Positions 8,806 to 18,512 of a DNA stretch of 64,000 nt are shown here, piece by piece (within the stretch, counting starts at the first letter, position 1; every line of letters begins with the position of its first letter). The notes below the pieces were generated by a model, which ran no database searches, was not told the origin of the DNA, and saw only the letters and a program-made list of their open reading frames with translations. This stretch comes from Candidatus Kaiserbacteria bacterium (lineage in GTDB: Bacteria > Patescibacteriota > Minisyncoccia > Phycocordibacterales > UBA2100). Location of the stretch: contig JACRFI010000015.1 of the NCBI GenBank assembly GCA_016217965.1, forward strand, positions 16,366 to 80,365, read 5' to 3'. The position numbers and the translations under genes were made by a program.

Positions 8806-10209
8806 TTGCCTGGTATTGCCGTTCATGGTGTATACTTGGCTGAAGTTCTCATGGCAAAAGATTTTTTTGAAGATATTGATGTGCATCCTGAAGCAGGGGG
8901 GGCGCAGAGCAAGCAGCCTTTTTCAGCTGCACCACCCGCCTCTGCCGCGCCTGAGCGCTCGATTCGCAATATCAGTGTCCCTTCTCGTCGCATTCCGGTG
9001 CGTGAGAAACCAATAGATATGAGGCAGGACATGGACATGCCACAACCGCCCCGCCCACGGCGGACACGTTTCGCAATTTGGGTGCTCGCGGCTCTCGCGG
9101 TCCTCCTACTTGGAGGAGCAATCGCATATTTCACATTCTTCAGCAAGACATCAGTCGACGTTACTCCTAGAACTCACCAGGTTACGTTCGATGAGTCAAC
9201 GCAATTTACGGCATATCCTGCAGCGGATGCAGCGAGTGGGACCATAACGTACACCTTGCAGACGACGACCATCGAAGATTCCACAAGCGTAAAAGCCACG
9301 GGCGTGGAGAAAACAGAGGATAGGGCAAGCGGTACCATCACGGTATATAACGAGTACTCGACTTCCCCCGTGCGGCTCATAAAGAACACGCGGTTCCAAA
9401 CGCAAAATGGCCTTGTGTATAGAATCCCAGCGTCCGCCGAAGTGCCTGGAATGAAAGGGGCGCAGCCTGGGCAAGTGACTGTGACAGTGATTGCCGACCA
9501 GCCGGGCACTGAATACAATGTCGGCCCCCAGGATAAATTTACGCTGCCCGGATTAAAGAGCACTCCGCCGATGTATGCGGGAGTGTATGGCCGATCGAGT
9601 GCGGCGATGTCCGGAGGATTCGTTGGCGATAAACCATCTGTCTCAGAGGGCGACCTCGAGAATGCACGCTCTCAGTTGCGCGCACAGCTTCTAGAAAAGG
9701 CGCGTGCAGCAGCGCTTGCATATGCGAGCGGCGGTGCGCTCGTATTTCCTGAACTTGTAAAGATCACGTACGAATCACTTCCTACCGCAGCTGATGGCGC
9801 GGGTGCAGCGAAGGTCACAGAGAGGGCGATTGTCGAAATACCGGTATTTTCTGAGGACAATTTCTCGCAATCCGTAGCGCAGGCGGTAAGTGCTGACGCA
9901 TCAGAAAGCAAAGTACAATTCGTGCCGAATGAGGGATTTGCGGTTTCTCCTGCCGGAGAAGCACAAGTCATAGGAACCGACCCTATCGCGTTCAAAATGA
10001 TTGGAAGCGCGCTCTTGGTGTGGGAGGTCGACGCCAGTGCCTTAAAACAGGCGCTTGTGGGTAGAGACCAGGGAGCGTTTGAGACGGTAATCAGCGGATT
10101 TTCGGGCGTTGAAAAAGCGGAAGCGCATATCGCCCCATTCTGGAAAAAACAATTTCCGCAGGATCCGGATGACATCATGCTTACAATCCTCGAGCCAGTT
10201 GCGCTCTAA
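8806..10209 (+). CDS. hypothetical bitopic membrane protein
   Basis: Pro-rich N-terminal region, single TM ([21 protein letters not shown]), long extracytoplasmic domain; start uncertain. Confidence 0.4.
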   Translation: MPGIAVHGVYLAEVLMAKDFFEDIDVHPEAGGAQSKQPFSAAPPASAAPERSIRNISVPSRRIPVREKPIDMRQDMDMPQPPRPRRTRFAIWVLAALAVLLLGGAIAYFTFFSKTSVDVTPRTHQVTFDESTQFTAYPAADAASGTITYTLQTTTIEDSTSVKATGVEKTEDRASGTITVYNEYSTSPVRLIKNTRFQTQNGLVYRIPASAEVPGMKGAQPGQVTVTVIADQPGTEYNVGPQDKFTLPGLKSTPPMYAGVYGRSSAAMSGGFVGDKPSVSEGDLENARSQLRAQLLEKARAAALAYASGGALVFPELVKITYESLPTAADGAGAAKVTERAIVEIPVFSEDNFSQSVAQAVSADASESKVQFVPNEGFAVSPAGEAQVIGTDPIAFKMIGSALLVWEVDASALKQALVGRDQGAFETVISGFSGVEKAEAHIAPFWKKQFPQDPDDIMLTILEPVAL

Positions 10210-10268
10210 GAAGGGCGCAAATATTGACTCTTTTGTTAACAACTGTTACTGTACGCGGCGCAGAACAT

Positions 10269-10475
10269 ATGGCGGAACCGGAGATCGCGGAAGGAGTAGT
10301 CGACGAGGCTCTCCCTAATGCTCTCTTTCGCGTGAAGCTTAAGGACGGAGAGGTCGTGCTCGCATACCTCGCCGGCAAAATGCGTCTGCATCGCATAAAA
10401 GTGCTTGTTGGCGACAGGGTCAGTTTGCAGCTGGATCCGTACGGCGGCAGGGCGCGCATAGTGCGAAGGAGTTAG
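10269..10475 (+). CDS. infA: translation initiation factor IF-1
   Basis: S1-like IF-1 sequence ...[36 protein letters not shown]...; internal start chosen within ORF 10224..10475. Confidence 0.85.
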   Translation: MAEPEIAEGVVDEALPNALFRVKLKDGEVVLAYLAGKMRLHRIKVLVGDRVSLQLDPYGGRARIVRRS

Positions 10476-10482
10476 AGAAGCC

Positions 10483-10596
10483 ATGCGTGTCAAATCTTCC
10501 CTTAAGAAAATGTGCCTTCATTGCCGCCACGTGAGGCGGCGCGGTAAATTGTGGGTCATTTGCAAGAATCCACGGCATAAGCAGAGGCAGGGGTAG
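10483..10596 (+). CDS. rpmJ: 50S ribosomal protein L36 (37 aa, not in ORF track)
   Basis: Hand translation [37 protein letters not shown], classic L36 with C..C..C..H zinc ribbon; sits between infA and rpsM as expected. Confidence 0.85.
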   Translation: MRVKSSLKKMCLHCRHVRRRGKLWVICKNPRHKQRQG

Positions 10597-10696
10597 CTTC
10601 TAGTGCTGAGCTTCTAGCTTCTAGGAAACTGGAAACTGGACGCTCCGCAGCAGGAGCATTAATGAATCAAAGCTAGAAGCTAGTACCTAGAAGCTA
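10594..10696 (+). promoter_or_regulatory. two-helix stem-loop bridging rpmJ stop codon and rpsM start codon
   Basis: 10594-10603 TAGCTTCTAG pairs with 10687-10696 CTAGAAGCTA; 10609-10618 AGCTTCTAGC pairs with 10672-10681 GCTAGAAGCT; ~53-nt loop contains GAAACTGGAAACTGGA. Confidence 0.5.
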
Positions 10697-11076
10697 TGAG
10701 AATTGCAGGAATCACAATCCCGGACACAAAGCGCCTTGAAATAGGCCTTACCGCCATTTATGGTGTTGGCCGCCCCCGCGCCCTCTCTACTTTAAAAGGC
10801 CTCGGCATTGATCCAGGTAAGACCGCAAAAGACCTTACACCGCAACTTGAGACTGCACTTCGCGAGCAAATTGAAAAATTTCGCGTCGAGGGAGAACTAC
10901 GGAGAAGCATCTCTGCAAATATTCGTCGCTTGAAGGACATAAAGTCCCATCGCGGCACCAGACACGCAAAGAAGTTGCCAGTGCGGGGCCAGTCAACAAA
11001 GACAAACTCCCGCACAGTGCGTGGCAACGTCCGAAAAACGATGACTTCTGGAAGACGCAAACTTGAAAAGACATAA
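10696..11076 (+). CDS. rpsM: 30S ribosomal protein S13
   Basis: MRIAGITIPDTKRLEIGLTAIYGVG... canonical S13. Confidence 0.9.
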   Translation: MRIAGITIPDTKRLEIGLTAIYGVGRPRALSTLKGLGIDPGKTAKDLTPQLETALREQIEKFRVEGELRRSISANIRRLKDIKSHRGTRHAKKLPVRGQSTKTNSRTVRGNVRKTMTSGRRKLEKT

Positions 11077-11079
11077 ACC

Positions 11080-11514
11080 ATGGGAAAAAAACGAATCATC
11101 CGAAAATCCGGCGGTACGGTCGACCAAGGGCTTAAGTCCCGCTCACTTTCTCGTACAGCAAAGCGCACCATCGCTGCAGGCACGCTTCATATCCATGCAA
11201 CGTACAACAACACGAAGGTGCTTCTTTCCGATAAAGAAGGCAATACGGTGGCGTGGTCTTCATCCGGCGCGCTTGGATTCTCTGGCGCTAAGAAAGGTAC
11301 GCCTTTTGCTGCGGCAAAGGTAGGAGAACTGGTGGGAGAAAAAGCAGCAATGATGGGCGTAAAAGAAGTCGATGTAGTTATCCGGGGGGTCGGTGCGGGC
11401 AGAGAGTCTGCTCTGCGCGCGTTCGCGGGAAAGGGAATCGAAGTTTCAAAGATAGCGGATGATACGCCTGTGCCGCATAATGGCCCTCGGCCGCCGAAGC
11501 CGCGACGAATATAA
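11080..11514 (+). CDS. rpsK: 30S ribosomal protein S11
   Basis: ...HIHATYNNTKVLLSDKEGNTVAWSSSGALGFSGAKKGTPFAAA... canonical S11. Confidence 0.9.
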   Translation: MGKKRIIRKSGGTVDQGLKSRSLSRTAKRTIAAGTLHIHATYNNTKVLLSDKEGNTVAWSSSGALGFSGAKKGTPFAAAKVGELVGEKAAMMGVKEVDVVIRGVGAGRESALRAFAGKGIEVSKIADDTPVPHNGPRPPKPRRI

Positions 11515-11515
11515 T

Positions 11516-12118
11516 ATGCTTCCAATTAAATCCAAATATAAAATAGGGAAGAGGCTCGGCCCTGCAGTCTTTGAGCAATGCCAGACTCAAAAATTTGCTC
11601 TCTCGGAAGCACGCAGCGTGAAAAAGCAGAGACGTGCTCCGTCAGATTATGGCCGGCAACTTCTTGAGAAACAGCGCGTGCGCTATACATATGGGCTCAC
11701 TGAAAAAAGCCTCGCAACGTATGCAAAAAAAGCATATGAAGAAGAGAATCCGTCTTTGTCACTACACATGGCGCTCGAGAGCAGATTGGACAGCGTCGTG
11801 TATCGCGCAGGGTTTGCGCTTACGCGCCGTGCTGCGAGGCAGATGGTTTCCCATGGTCATATAAAAGTGAACGATGCGAGGACTACGGTGCCATCACGCT
11901 CTCTCAAAAAAGGCGATGTATTTTCAGTTCGTGATGGTAGCCGCACGAGCCCCCTTTTCGGGCACTTAGGGAATCCTGAAGCGCCTGCGCGCGCTGTTCC
12001 AAACTGGCTTACTGTGGATGCTTCACTTATGCGAGGGGAAGTGAGTGGCGTGCCGCCATATTCTGCGACGGAAACATCACTCGACTACCCAGCTGTATTC
12101 GAATTTTATAGCAGGTAG
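11516..12118 (+). CDS. rpsD: 30S ribosomal protein S4
   Basis: S4 N-terminal and SDYGRQLLEKQRVRYTYG motifs; start moved to the ATG directly after the rpsK stop. Confidence 0.85.
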   Translation: MLPIKSKYKIGKRLGPAVFEQCQTQKFALSEARSVKKQRRAPSDYGRQLLEKQRVRYTYGLTEKSLATYAKKAYEEENPSLSLHMALESRLDSVVYRAGFALTRRAARQMVSHGHIKVNDARTTVPSRSLKKGDVFSVRDGSRTSPLFGHLGNPEAPARAVPNWLTVDASLMRGEVSGVPPYSATETSLDYPAVFEFYSR

Positions 12119-12286
12119 GGCATTTGGCTGTTTACGCGAGTAAGATGTAATAAAAATTCATGTAATTTCCTGTCCACAGATGATCCCTTGCCAAATTACT
12201 GGTAACGGGGTATATTGTTTCGCGTTTTTGACTATTCTTAATTATTCGCATTTTATTCAGTTTTTTAGCGCCTGTTCCCCCTATTT

Positions 12287-13255
12287 ATGCTTGATTACCA
12301 TATTGCCCTCCCATCCAAGCCTCGCATCGTCTCTGAAGATGAGCGAAGCGGAGTGTACGAGATAGACGGCTTGTATCCGGGCTATGGCTATACTCTCGGT
12401 AACTCGCTGAGACGGATCATCCTTTCTTCCCTTCCTGGGGCTGCTGTTACGCACGTGAAAGTTCCCGGTGTTGCCCATGAATTTTCCACTATTGAAGGTG
12501 TGCAAGAAGACATGGTAACCGTTCTTCTCAACATTCGTCGCGTTCGTTTGAAATTTTTGACCGACGAGGCGCAGACTCTTACTCTTTCAGTGAAAGGCCC
12601 AGCATCGGTGACCGCAGCGGATCTCAAACTGCCAGGGCAGGTGGAAGTATTAAATCCCGAACAGCACATAGCGGAAATAGTAGGAAAAACAAATTTGGAA
12701 ATGGAGGTTCACGCAGAGCGGGGGCTCGGATATGTGCCGAAAGAAGTGCACCAAAAGGAGCGCGTCGAAGTTGGCACCATTGCTCTCGATGCGATCTTTT
12801 CTCCTATTCGCCGCGTGAACTACGAAGTCGAGAACATGCGCGTGGGGGACAGGACTGATTTCAATAGGCTTCGCATAATCATCGAGACAGATGGCACTAT
12901 CTCGCCTCACGAAGCGCTCGAGTCTGCTATCGAAACGATGATCCATCAGTTGCGAGCGATCGTTGGATTTAAGGAAGAAAAAAACGCCGATCACGAGACG
13001 GTATCTCCCGAAGCGAGCGCACACCAAGGTGAGAGAGGAGGTGCTGACGCAGAAATGTTAAAAACCCGCATCACAGAACTCAAGCTGCCGTTGCGAGTGG
13101 AGGCCGCTCTTGATAATGCCTCCATTCGAACAGTCGGCGGGCTTGTAAGGAAGCGCGAAGACGACCTCTTGTCTATCGAGGGTCTTGGACAGAAGGGCCT
13201 TCAAGATATCAAGCGCTCACTCTCGAACCTTGGACTTACGCTCAGGACTCAGTAA
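12287..13255 (+). CDS. rpoA: DNA-directed RNA polymerase subunit alpha
   Basis: N-terminal domain motifs (GYGYTLGNSLRRIILSSLPG) and C-terminal domain; 322 aa. Confidence 0.9.
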   Translation: MLDYHIALPSKPRIVSEDERSGVYEIDGLYPGYGYTLGNSLRRIILSSLPGAAVTHVKVPGVAHEFSTIEGVQEDMVTVLLNIRRVRLKFLTDEAQTLTLSVKGPASVTAADLKLPGQVEVLNPEQHIAEIVGKTNLEMEVHAERGLGYVPKEVHQKERVEVGTIALDAIFSPIRRVNYEVENMRVGDRTDFNRLRIIIETDGTISPHEALESAIETMIHQLRAIVGFKEEKNADHETVSPEASAHQGERGGADAEMLKTRITELKLPLRVEAALDNASIRTVGGLVRKREDDLLSIEGLGQKGLQDIKRSLSNLGLTLRTQ

Positions 13256-13282
13256 TATAGCGAGCGCACGATTTACATTTAC

Positions 13283-13639
13283 ATGAGGCACCATAAATCG
13301 ACACGGACACTCGGAAGAACAAAGCGGCAACGCGTCGCGCTTCTTCGTGATCTTGCTCGTTCGCTCGTATTAGAGGAGGGAATAACGACGACTATCGCAA
13401 AGGCGAAAGAGCTTCGCCCGTTTGTTGAGAGGCTTGTGACCGCAAGCAAAGCAAATACGTTGCAGTCGAAACGCTTTGTCACTATGAAATTAGGGAATCG
13501 CAAAGATGCGGCACGCAAATTGCACGAAACACTGGCGCCGCGGTATATTTCGCGCGCTGGCGGATACACACGGATTGTTCGGCTGGGCAGAGTCGGAAAG
13601 CGTGTTGGAGAGGCGGCGCGTATCGAATTCGTGAAATAA
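13283..13639 (+). CDS. rplQ: 50S ribosomal protein L17
   Basis: MRHHKSTRTLGRTKRQRVALLRDLARSLV... canonical L17. Confidence 0.9.
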   Translation: MRHHKSTRTLGRTKRQRVALLRDLARSLVLEEGITTTIAKAKELRPFVERLVTASKANTLQSKRFVTMKLGNRKDAARKLHETLAPRYISRAGGYTRIVRLGRVGKRVGEAARIEFVK

Positions 13640-13640
13640 T

Positions 13641-13994
13641 ATGTCGCAAATTGAACACACAATTGATGCGAGCGGAGAGAGGCTTGGGCGCGTTGCATCG
13701 CGTGCGGCAAAAATTCTAATGGGAAAGTCTTCTGCAGGATACACGCCGCATATTCCCGCGGACCTTACGCTTACGATTTCGAATGCATCGAAAATGCACA
13801 TCGCGCAAAAGAAGCGGTTGCAGAAGACGTACACAGAATATTCTGGGCATCCCGGAGGGTTAAAGCGCGAGTCACTGTCTCATCTCGCAGCGCGAAAGGG
13901 CCACAAAGAGGTGCTACGCCAAGCGATTGAAAGGATGCTTCCGAGAAATGCGATGCGCGCGAAACGATTGAAAAGTTTGAAGATAAGCGATTAG
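13641..13994 (+). CDS. rplM: 50S ribosomal protein L13
   Basis: L13-like ...IDASGERLGRVASRAAKILMGK...; short 117-aa form. Confidence 0.8.
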   Translation: MSQIEHTIDASGERLGRVASRAAKILMGKSSAGYTPHIPADLTLTISNASKMHIAQKKRLQKTYTEYSGHPGGLKRESLSHLAARKGHKEVLRQAIERMLPRNAMRAKRLKSLKISD

Positions 13995-14011
13995 AAGCTA
14001 TAGTCTAGAAT

Positions 14012-14404
14012 ATGGCGGAAAAAAAATATACTGAAGCAGTGGGACGAAGGAAGACCGCATCAGCGCGAGTGAGGCTTGTCGGCGCAAAATCAACCACGCT
14101 CATGGTGAATGATAAAGATGCACACGCCTATTTTCCCATTCCTCTCATGGTTGATACGGCACAGTCGCCGCTGAAGGCTGTGGGTGTTGCGTACGCTGTT
14201 ACCGCGAAAGTGAAGGGCGGTGGCCACAAAGCTCAGGCGGAGGCTGTACGACACGGAATCGCACGAGCCCTCGTTGAGATTGAGCACTCGTATCGAAAGG
14301 ATCTGAAGCAGCGAGGATTTCTAAAGCGCGATCCGCGAGCAAAAGAACGCAAGAAATTCGGGCTCAAAGCTGCACGACGCGCACCGCAATGGAGCAAACG
14401 CTAG
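14012..14404 (+). CDS. rpsI: 30S ribosomal protein S9
   Basis: C-terminal ...KERKKFGLKAARRAPQWSKR canonical S9. Confidence 0.9.
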   Translation: MAEKKYTEAVGRRKTASARVRLVGAKSTTLMVNDKDAHAYFPIPLMVDTAQSPLKAVGVAYAVTAKVKGGGHKAQAEAVRHGIARALVEIEHSYRKDLKQRGFLKRDPRAKERKKFGLKAARRAPQWSKR

Positions 14405-14602
14405 TTTGGCGAACATTGAGGTTGTGAGGGGGTCGGGGAACGGGAGTTCCCCGTGGAGGAATGCAGCGAGTACGCCAATTTGGCGGACGAGCGTTGAGAA
14501 CCGAGGGTTCTTAAGGAGCGTAGCGACCCGTAGTGGTGCAAGTGCTAATTTTTGCTATTAAAAAAATCGGGGCGCGTGGTCTCTTTTTTTTGTTCGTGAA
14601 AT

Positions 14603-15187
14603 TTGCTATACTCTCGCTGTATGCATGGAACACGCGATGATGAAAAGCGAGTTCCTGAAGAAGGACTCGTGGATGTGGACTACTCCTCCGAAGAAGAATT
14701 CGGAGATGTTGCATCTGCAAAGTCGAAGTTAAAAAACCTCCGCGATGAGCTCGAAGCCGTAAAAAAGGAGAAGCAAGAGTACTTAGACGGCTGGCAGCGA
14801 TGCAAAGCGGACGCGGTGAACCAAAAAAGAGACCTAGAGGCATCGTACGGGCGCGCCGCGAGTGCAGCATCTGCAGATTTGATAGAATCACTTCTTCCTG
14901 CGCTTGATAGTTTCGAGATGGCAATGGGAGGAGTGGGATGGCAAACAGTTGATGCGGCATGGCGAAGGGGGGTAGAGAGCATTTGGAGCCAGCTCCTTGC
15001 TGCGCTTTCCGCGGTTGGTGCCGTTCGCTTTGGAACAACGGGAGAGGCGTATGACCCAATCTTGCATGAGATCCTTCAGGAAGAGGATAGTGATGGAGAG
15101 TCAGGTAGTATTTTGCGCGTTGTGAGGAGTGGGTGGAAGATACAAGGTAAAATTTTACGTCCAGCGCAAGTAATTGTTGCGAAATGA
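14603..15187 (+). CDS. grpE: nucleotide exchange factor GrpE
   Basis: Coiled-coil N-terminus, GrpE core (DLIESLLPALDSFEMA), directly upstream of dnaK. Confidence 0.8.
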   Translation: MLYSRCMHGTRDDEKRVPEEGLVDVDYSSEEEFGDVASAKSKLKNLRDELEAVKKEKQEYLDGWQRCKADAVNQKRDLEASYGRAASAASADLIESLLPALDSFEMAMGGVGWQTVDAAWRRGVESIWSQLLAALSAVGAVRFGTTGEAYDPILHEILQEEDSDGESGSILRVVRSGWKIQGKILRPAQVIVAK

Positions 15188-15268
15188 TCAGCGAAAGGCT
15201 TGACACACTGAATTATAATTGTATATAGTTTCGGCACTTTCATTACCAAAAATAGCTCTTTCATCACT

Positions 15269-17119
15269 ATGGGAAAAATTCTTGGAATAGACCTGGGTAC
15301 AACGAACTCGGCGATCGCGATAGTCAAAGGCGGTGAGCCAGAGATCATCGAGAACGCGGAGGGTGCTCGTACAACTCCATCGGTCGCCGCGGTTTCGAAA
15401 ACCGGGGAGCGGCTCGTCGGGCTTCTTGCAAAACGCCAAGCAGTCACCAATCCGAAAAATACGATCTACCAAATAAAGAGGTTCATTGGACACGCGTTTG
15501 ATGAGCCAGCGGTGGAAAAAGACCGAAAAGCGGTACCATTCGAGATGCGAAAAGCCGCAAACGGCGGCATTGAAGTGCAGATCGGCGACAAATGGCATCG
15601 CCCGGAGGAAATTTCCGCCATGATACTGCAGAAGTTGAAGCAGGATGCGGAAGCAAAACTTGGCGAGCCCATCACAGAAGCGGTCATAACCGTTCCTGCG
15701 TATTTCAACGACTCGCAGAGGCAGGCAACAAGGGACGCCGGGAAGATCGCTGGGCTTGATGTGAAGCGAATCATCAATGAGCCAACTGCTGCGGCTTTGG
15801 CCTATGGATTCAATAAGAAAAAAAACGAGAAGATTGTCGTGTTCGATTTTGGCGGAGGCACGTTCGACATATCAGTCTTGGAAGTTGGAGATGATGTGAT
15901 AGAAGTTCGCTCTACAGATGGCGATGCGCACCTCGGCGGAAAGGATCTGGACCAGAACATAATGAATTGGATCGCCGATGAGTTCAAAAAAGAGTCCGGT
16001 ATCGACGTGAGGAACGATCCGCTTTCGAGGCAACGCTTGGATGAGGCGGCCGAGAAAGCGAAGATAGAATTGTCGAGCGCAGTTGAGACTGAAATAAATA
16101 TTCCGTTCATCACATCGGATTCTTCCGGGCCTCGCCACCTTCTGATTAAGATGTCTCGCGCCAAACTTGAGGACCTCTCAAGCGAATTCGTAAAGCGGGC
16201 GATGGACATCACAAAGCGGGCGATGGACGCATCGCCGTTTAAAATTCCTGACATAAACGAAGTCATCCTCGTCGGCGGTCAAACGCGAATGCCGGCGATA
16301 CAAAAAGCGGTGCAGGATTTTTTCAACAAAAAGCCTCACATGGGCGTCAACCCGGACGAAGTAGTGGCGATGGGGGCCGCAATACAGGGAGGCATATTGC
16401 AGGGAGACGTAAAAGACGTGCTGCTCCTCGATGTGATACCGCTTTCATTCGGCATAGAGACGCTTGGCGGAGTTGCCACTAAATTGATAGAGCGAAATAC
16501 CACCATACCGACATCGAAGTCGCAGGTGTTCTCTACTGCGTCGGATAATCAGCCATCGGTTGAGATACATGTGGTGCAGGGAGAGAGGCCAATGGCAGCG
16601 GATAATAAATCGCTTGGCCGCTTTAATCTTGATGGTATTCCGCCATCTCAGAGGGGCATCCCGCAGGTGGAAGTGACATTCGATATAGATGCGAATGGGA
16701 TTCTTTCAGTGAAGGCAAAAGAGAAAACAACAGGCAAGGAGCAATCTATTCGCATCGAGGCGCGCAGTGGGCTTACTGATGCGGAAGTGGAGAAGATGCG
16801 AGCTGATGCTGACGCGAATGCCGAGGCTGATAAAAAGAAGAAGGAGCTTGTGGAAGCGCAGAACGGTGCGGACCAATTGACGTATGCTGCAGAAAAAGCG
16901 TTACAAGAACATGGGTCTAAAGTGAGTGAAGAAGTGAGAAAAAATGTCCAAGAAAAAATAGATGCACTTAAAGCTGCGCGGGGTGGCAATGACGTATCAG
17001 CCATACAAAGCGCTTCGACTGCGCTCTCGAGCGCCATGAGTGCAATAGGGGAGGCCATGTCTAAAGGCCAGGGACAGCAGCCGCCTCAAGATGCTCAACC
17101 AAATCCAGAGCAAAAGTGA
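15269..17119 (+). CDS. dnaK: molecular chaperone DnaK (Hsp70)
   Basis: [20 protein letters not shown] and all Hsp70 signatures; 616 aa. Confidence 0.95.
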   Translation: MGKILGIDLGTTNSAIAIVKGGEPEIIENAEGARTTPSVAAVSKTGERLVGLLAKRQAVTNPKNTIYQIKRFIGHAFDEPAVEKDRKAVPFEMRKAANGGIEVQIGDKWHRPEEISAMILQKLKQDAEAKLGEPITEAVITVPAYFNDSQRQATRDAGKIAGLDVKRIINEPTAAALAYGFNKKKNEKIVVFDFGGGTFDISVLEVGDDVIEVRSTDGDAHLGGKDLDQNIMNWIADEFKKESGIDVRNDPLSRQRLDEAAEKAKIELSSAVETEINIPFITSDSSGPRHLLIKMSRAKLEDLSSEFVKRAMDITKRAMDASPFKIPDINEVILVGGQTRMPAIQKAVQDFFNKKPHMGVNPDEVVAMGAAIQGGILQGDVKDVLLLDVIPLSFGIETLGGVATKLIERNTTIPTSKSQVFSTASDNQPSVEIHVVQGERPMAADNKSLGRFNLDGIPPSQRGIPQVEVTFDIDANGILSVKAKEKTTGKEQSIRIEARSGLTDAEVEKMRADADANAEADKKKKELVEAQNGADQLTYAAEKALQEHGSKVSEEVRKNVQEKIDALKAARGGNDVSAIQSASTALSSAMSAIGEAMSKGQGQQPPQDAQPNPEQK

Positions 17120-17127
17120 AGAAAAGG

Positions 17128-17238
17128 AAACCCGAGCTTCTAGAGAACATCGCGCCGCGAAGAAAGAAACGTAAAGAAAGTTCGCAGTACCTCAGAGGAT
17201 AGAAGCGTGCAGAGGGTTCGCGTTCGGTGCGAAGCTCG
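17128..17238. repeat. long-range inverted repeat downstream of dnaK (10-bp arms, ~85-nt spacer)
   Basis: CCCGAGCTTC at 17131 and GAAGCTCGGG at 17225 are reverse complements; 5' arm includes the GAGCTTCTAGAG motif. Confidence 0.5.
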
Positions 17239-17367
17239 GGATTTCCTGCTGAAATTTCATGAAGAAAACTATCCACAATCCGGCGGCGCTTGTTAAGAGT
17301 TTATCTCACGGGGTATACTGAAGACCAGATGAATTCAGTTTTAACAATGTAAAACCTAGGCATCTCT

Positions 17368-18423
17368 ATGAAAGACTACTATCAAATATTAGGCATCCAA
17401 AAATCCGCCAGCGAGGATGAAATTAAGAAGGCGTTCCGATCATTAGCACACAAGTACCATCCCGATAAAAAAGGAGGTGATGAGGCGAAATTTAAAGAGG
17501 CAAGCGAAGCGTATGCCGTGCTTTCTGACAAAAAGAAGCGGGCAGAATATGATGCGTATGGCAAAACATTCTCAGGGGCGGGCGGGCAAGGATTCGGTGG
17601 CTTTGATTTCTCAAATTTTGCCGGATTTGAGAATGGCGTCGAGTTTGACATAGGCGATATTTTTGGGGAATTTTTCGGCGGGGGAGGCGCAAGGAAACAG
17701 AGAAGGGGCCGGGATATTTCGATTGACATTGAACTGCCGTTCAGGGATGCAATATTTGGTACCGAACGTCGCGTGATGATTTCTAAAGTAACGACATGCG
17801 ATGTGTGTTCCGGCACTGGTGCGAAGAAAGGCACCGCTATGCGTTCTTGCAAGACATGCAACGGGAAAGGCCAGATACACGAGGCGCGAAATTCGTTTTT
17901 TGGGTCCTTCACATCGGTGCGCGCATGTCCGGAATGCCATGGACGGCGTGAGGTGCCGGAGTCTCCTTGTGCGGAGTGCCAAGGGGAAGGGGTTGCGAAA
18001 AAACAAGAAGAGATACGAGTTAATGTGCCAGCGGGTGTCGAAAATGGCGAGATGATACGAATGCCCGGGAGAGGTGAAGCGGCTCCGGGGATCCCCGCGG
18101 GTGACTTGTACGTTAAATTGCATGTCAAAACGGACAAGGTATTCACACGTGACGGTACGAACCTTGTCATGTCGCTTCCTGTGAAGCTCACAGACGCACT
18201 TCTTGGCGCAGAATATCGCATCCATACCTTGGACGGAGAAACAACGGTCAGCGTCCCTCAAGGTGTCGCACACGGCGAATTTATACGAGTGCGTGGCAGG
18301 GGTGTGCCGTCAGGGCGTGGTCAGAGAGGAGACCTTCTCGTGCGCGTATCGATAGAGTTCCCCAAGAAACTTTCAAGAGGAGCAAAAAGTGCCATCGAGG
18401 AACTTCGAAAAGAAGGCCTCTAG
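17368..18423 (+). CDS. dnaJ: molecular chaperone DnaJ
   Basis: J domain (HPD: KYHPDKK), G/F region, four CxxCxGxG zinc-finger repeats. Confidence 0.9.
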   Translation: MKDYYQILGIQKSASEDEIKKAFRSLAHKYHPDKKGGDEAKFKEASEAYAVLSDKKKRAEYDAYGKTFSGAGGQGFGGFDFSNFAGFENGVEFDIGDIFGEFFGGGGARKQRRGRDISIDIELPFRDAIFGTERRVMISKVTTCDVCSGTGAKKGTAMRSCKTCNGKGQIHEARNSFFGSFTSVRACPECHGRREVPESPCAECQGEGVAKKQEEIRVNVPAGVENGEMIRMPGRGEAAPGIPAGDLYVKLHVKTDKVFTRDGTNLVMSLPVKLTDALLGAEYRIHTLDGETTVSVPQGVAHGEFIRVRGRGVPSGRGQRGDLLVRVSIEFPKKLSRGAKSAIEELRKEGL

Positions 18424-18512
18424 TGCATGCCAGGAGTCCTGCCACTTTTGCAATTCCACAGGTGGGGCATTCTTGCGCTTTTATCTAGCTCTACAATGCT
18501 AGACTGAACGTA

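Noticed and set aside
14490-14560. CIRCE-like heat-shock operator upstream of grpE-dnaK-dnaJ
   Set aside because: Only a half-site resembling GAGTGCTAA (aAGTGCTAA) is present. The partner TTAGCACTC at N9 spacing is not recoverable, and no hrcA is in the window.
17382-18221. Long antisense or out-of-frame ORFs inside conserved genes
   Set aside because: Each lies opposite or out of frame to a gene with strong family signatures, so all were treated as spurious. The ORFs concerned are 17382..18221(-), 17611..18273(-), 30545..31243(-), 43567..44391(+), 49865..50608(+), 39984..40682(+) and 45289..45990(-). The genes they overlap are dnaJ, dacA, ctpA, leuS, the SPFH gene and kef.
18424-18470. Rho-independent terminator after dnaJ
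   Set aside because: Only a weak 5-bp stem (CAGGA/TCCTG) followed by CTTTTG. This is insufficient to call.
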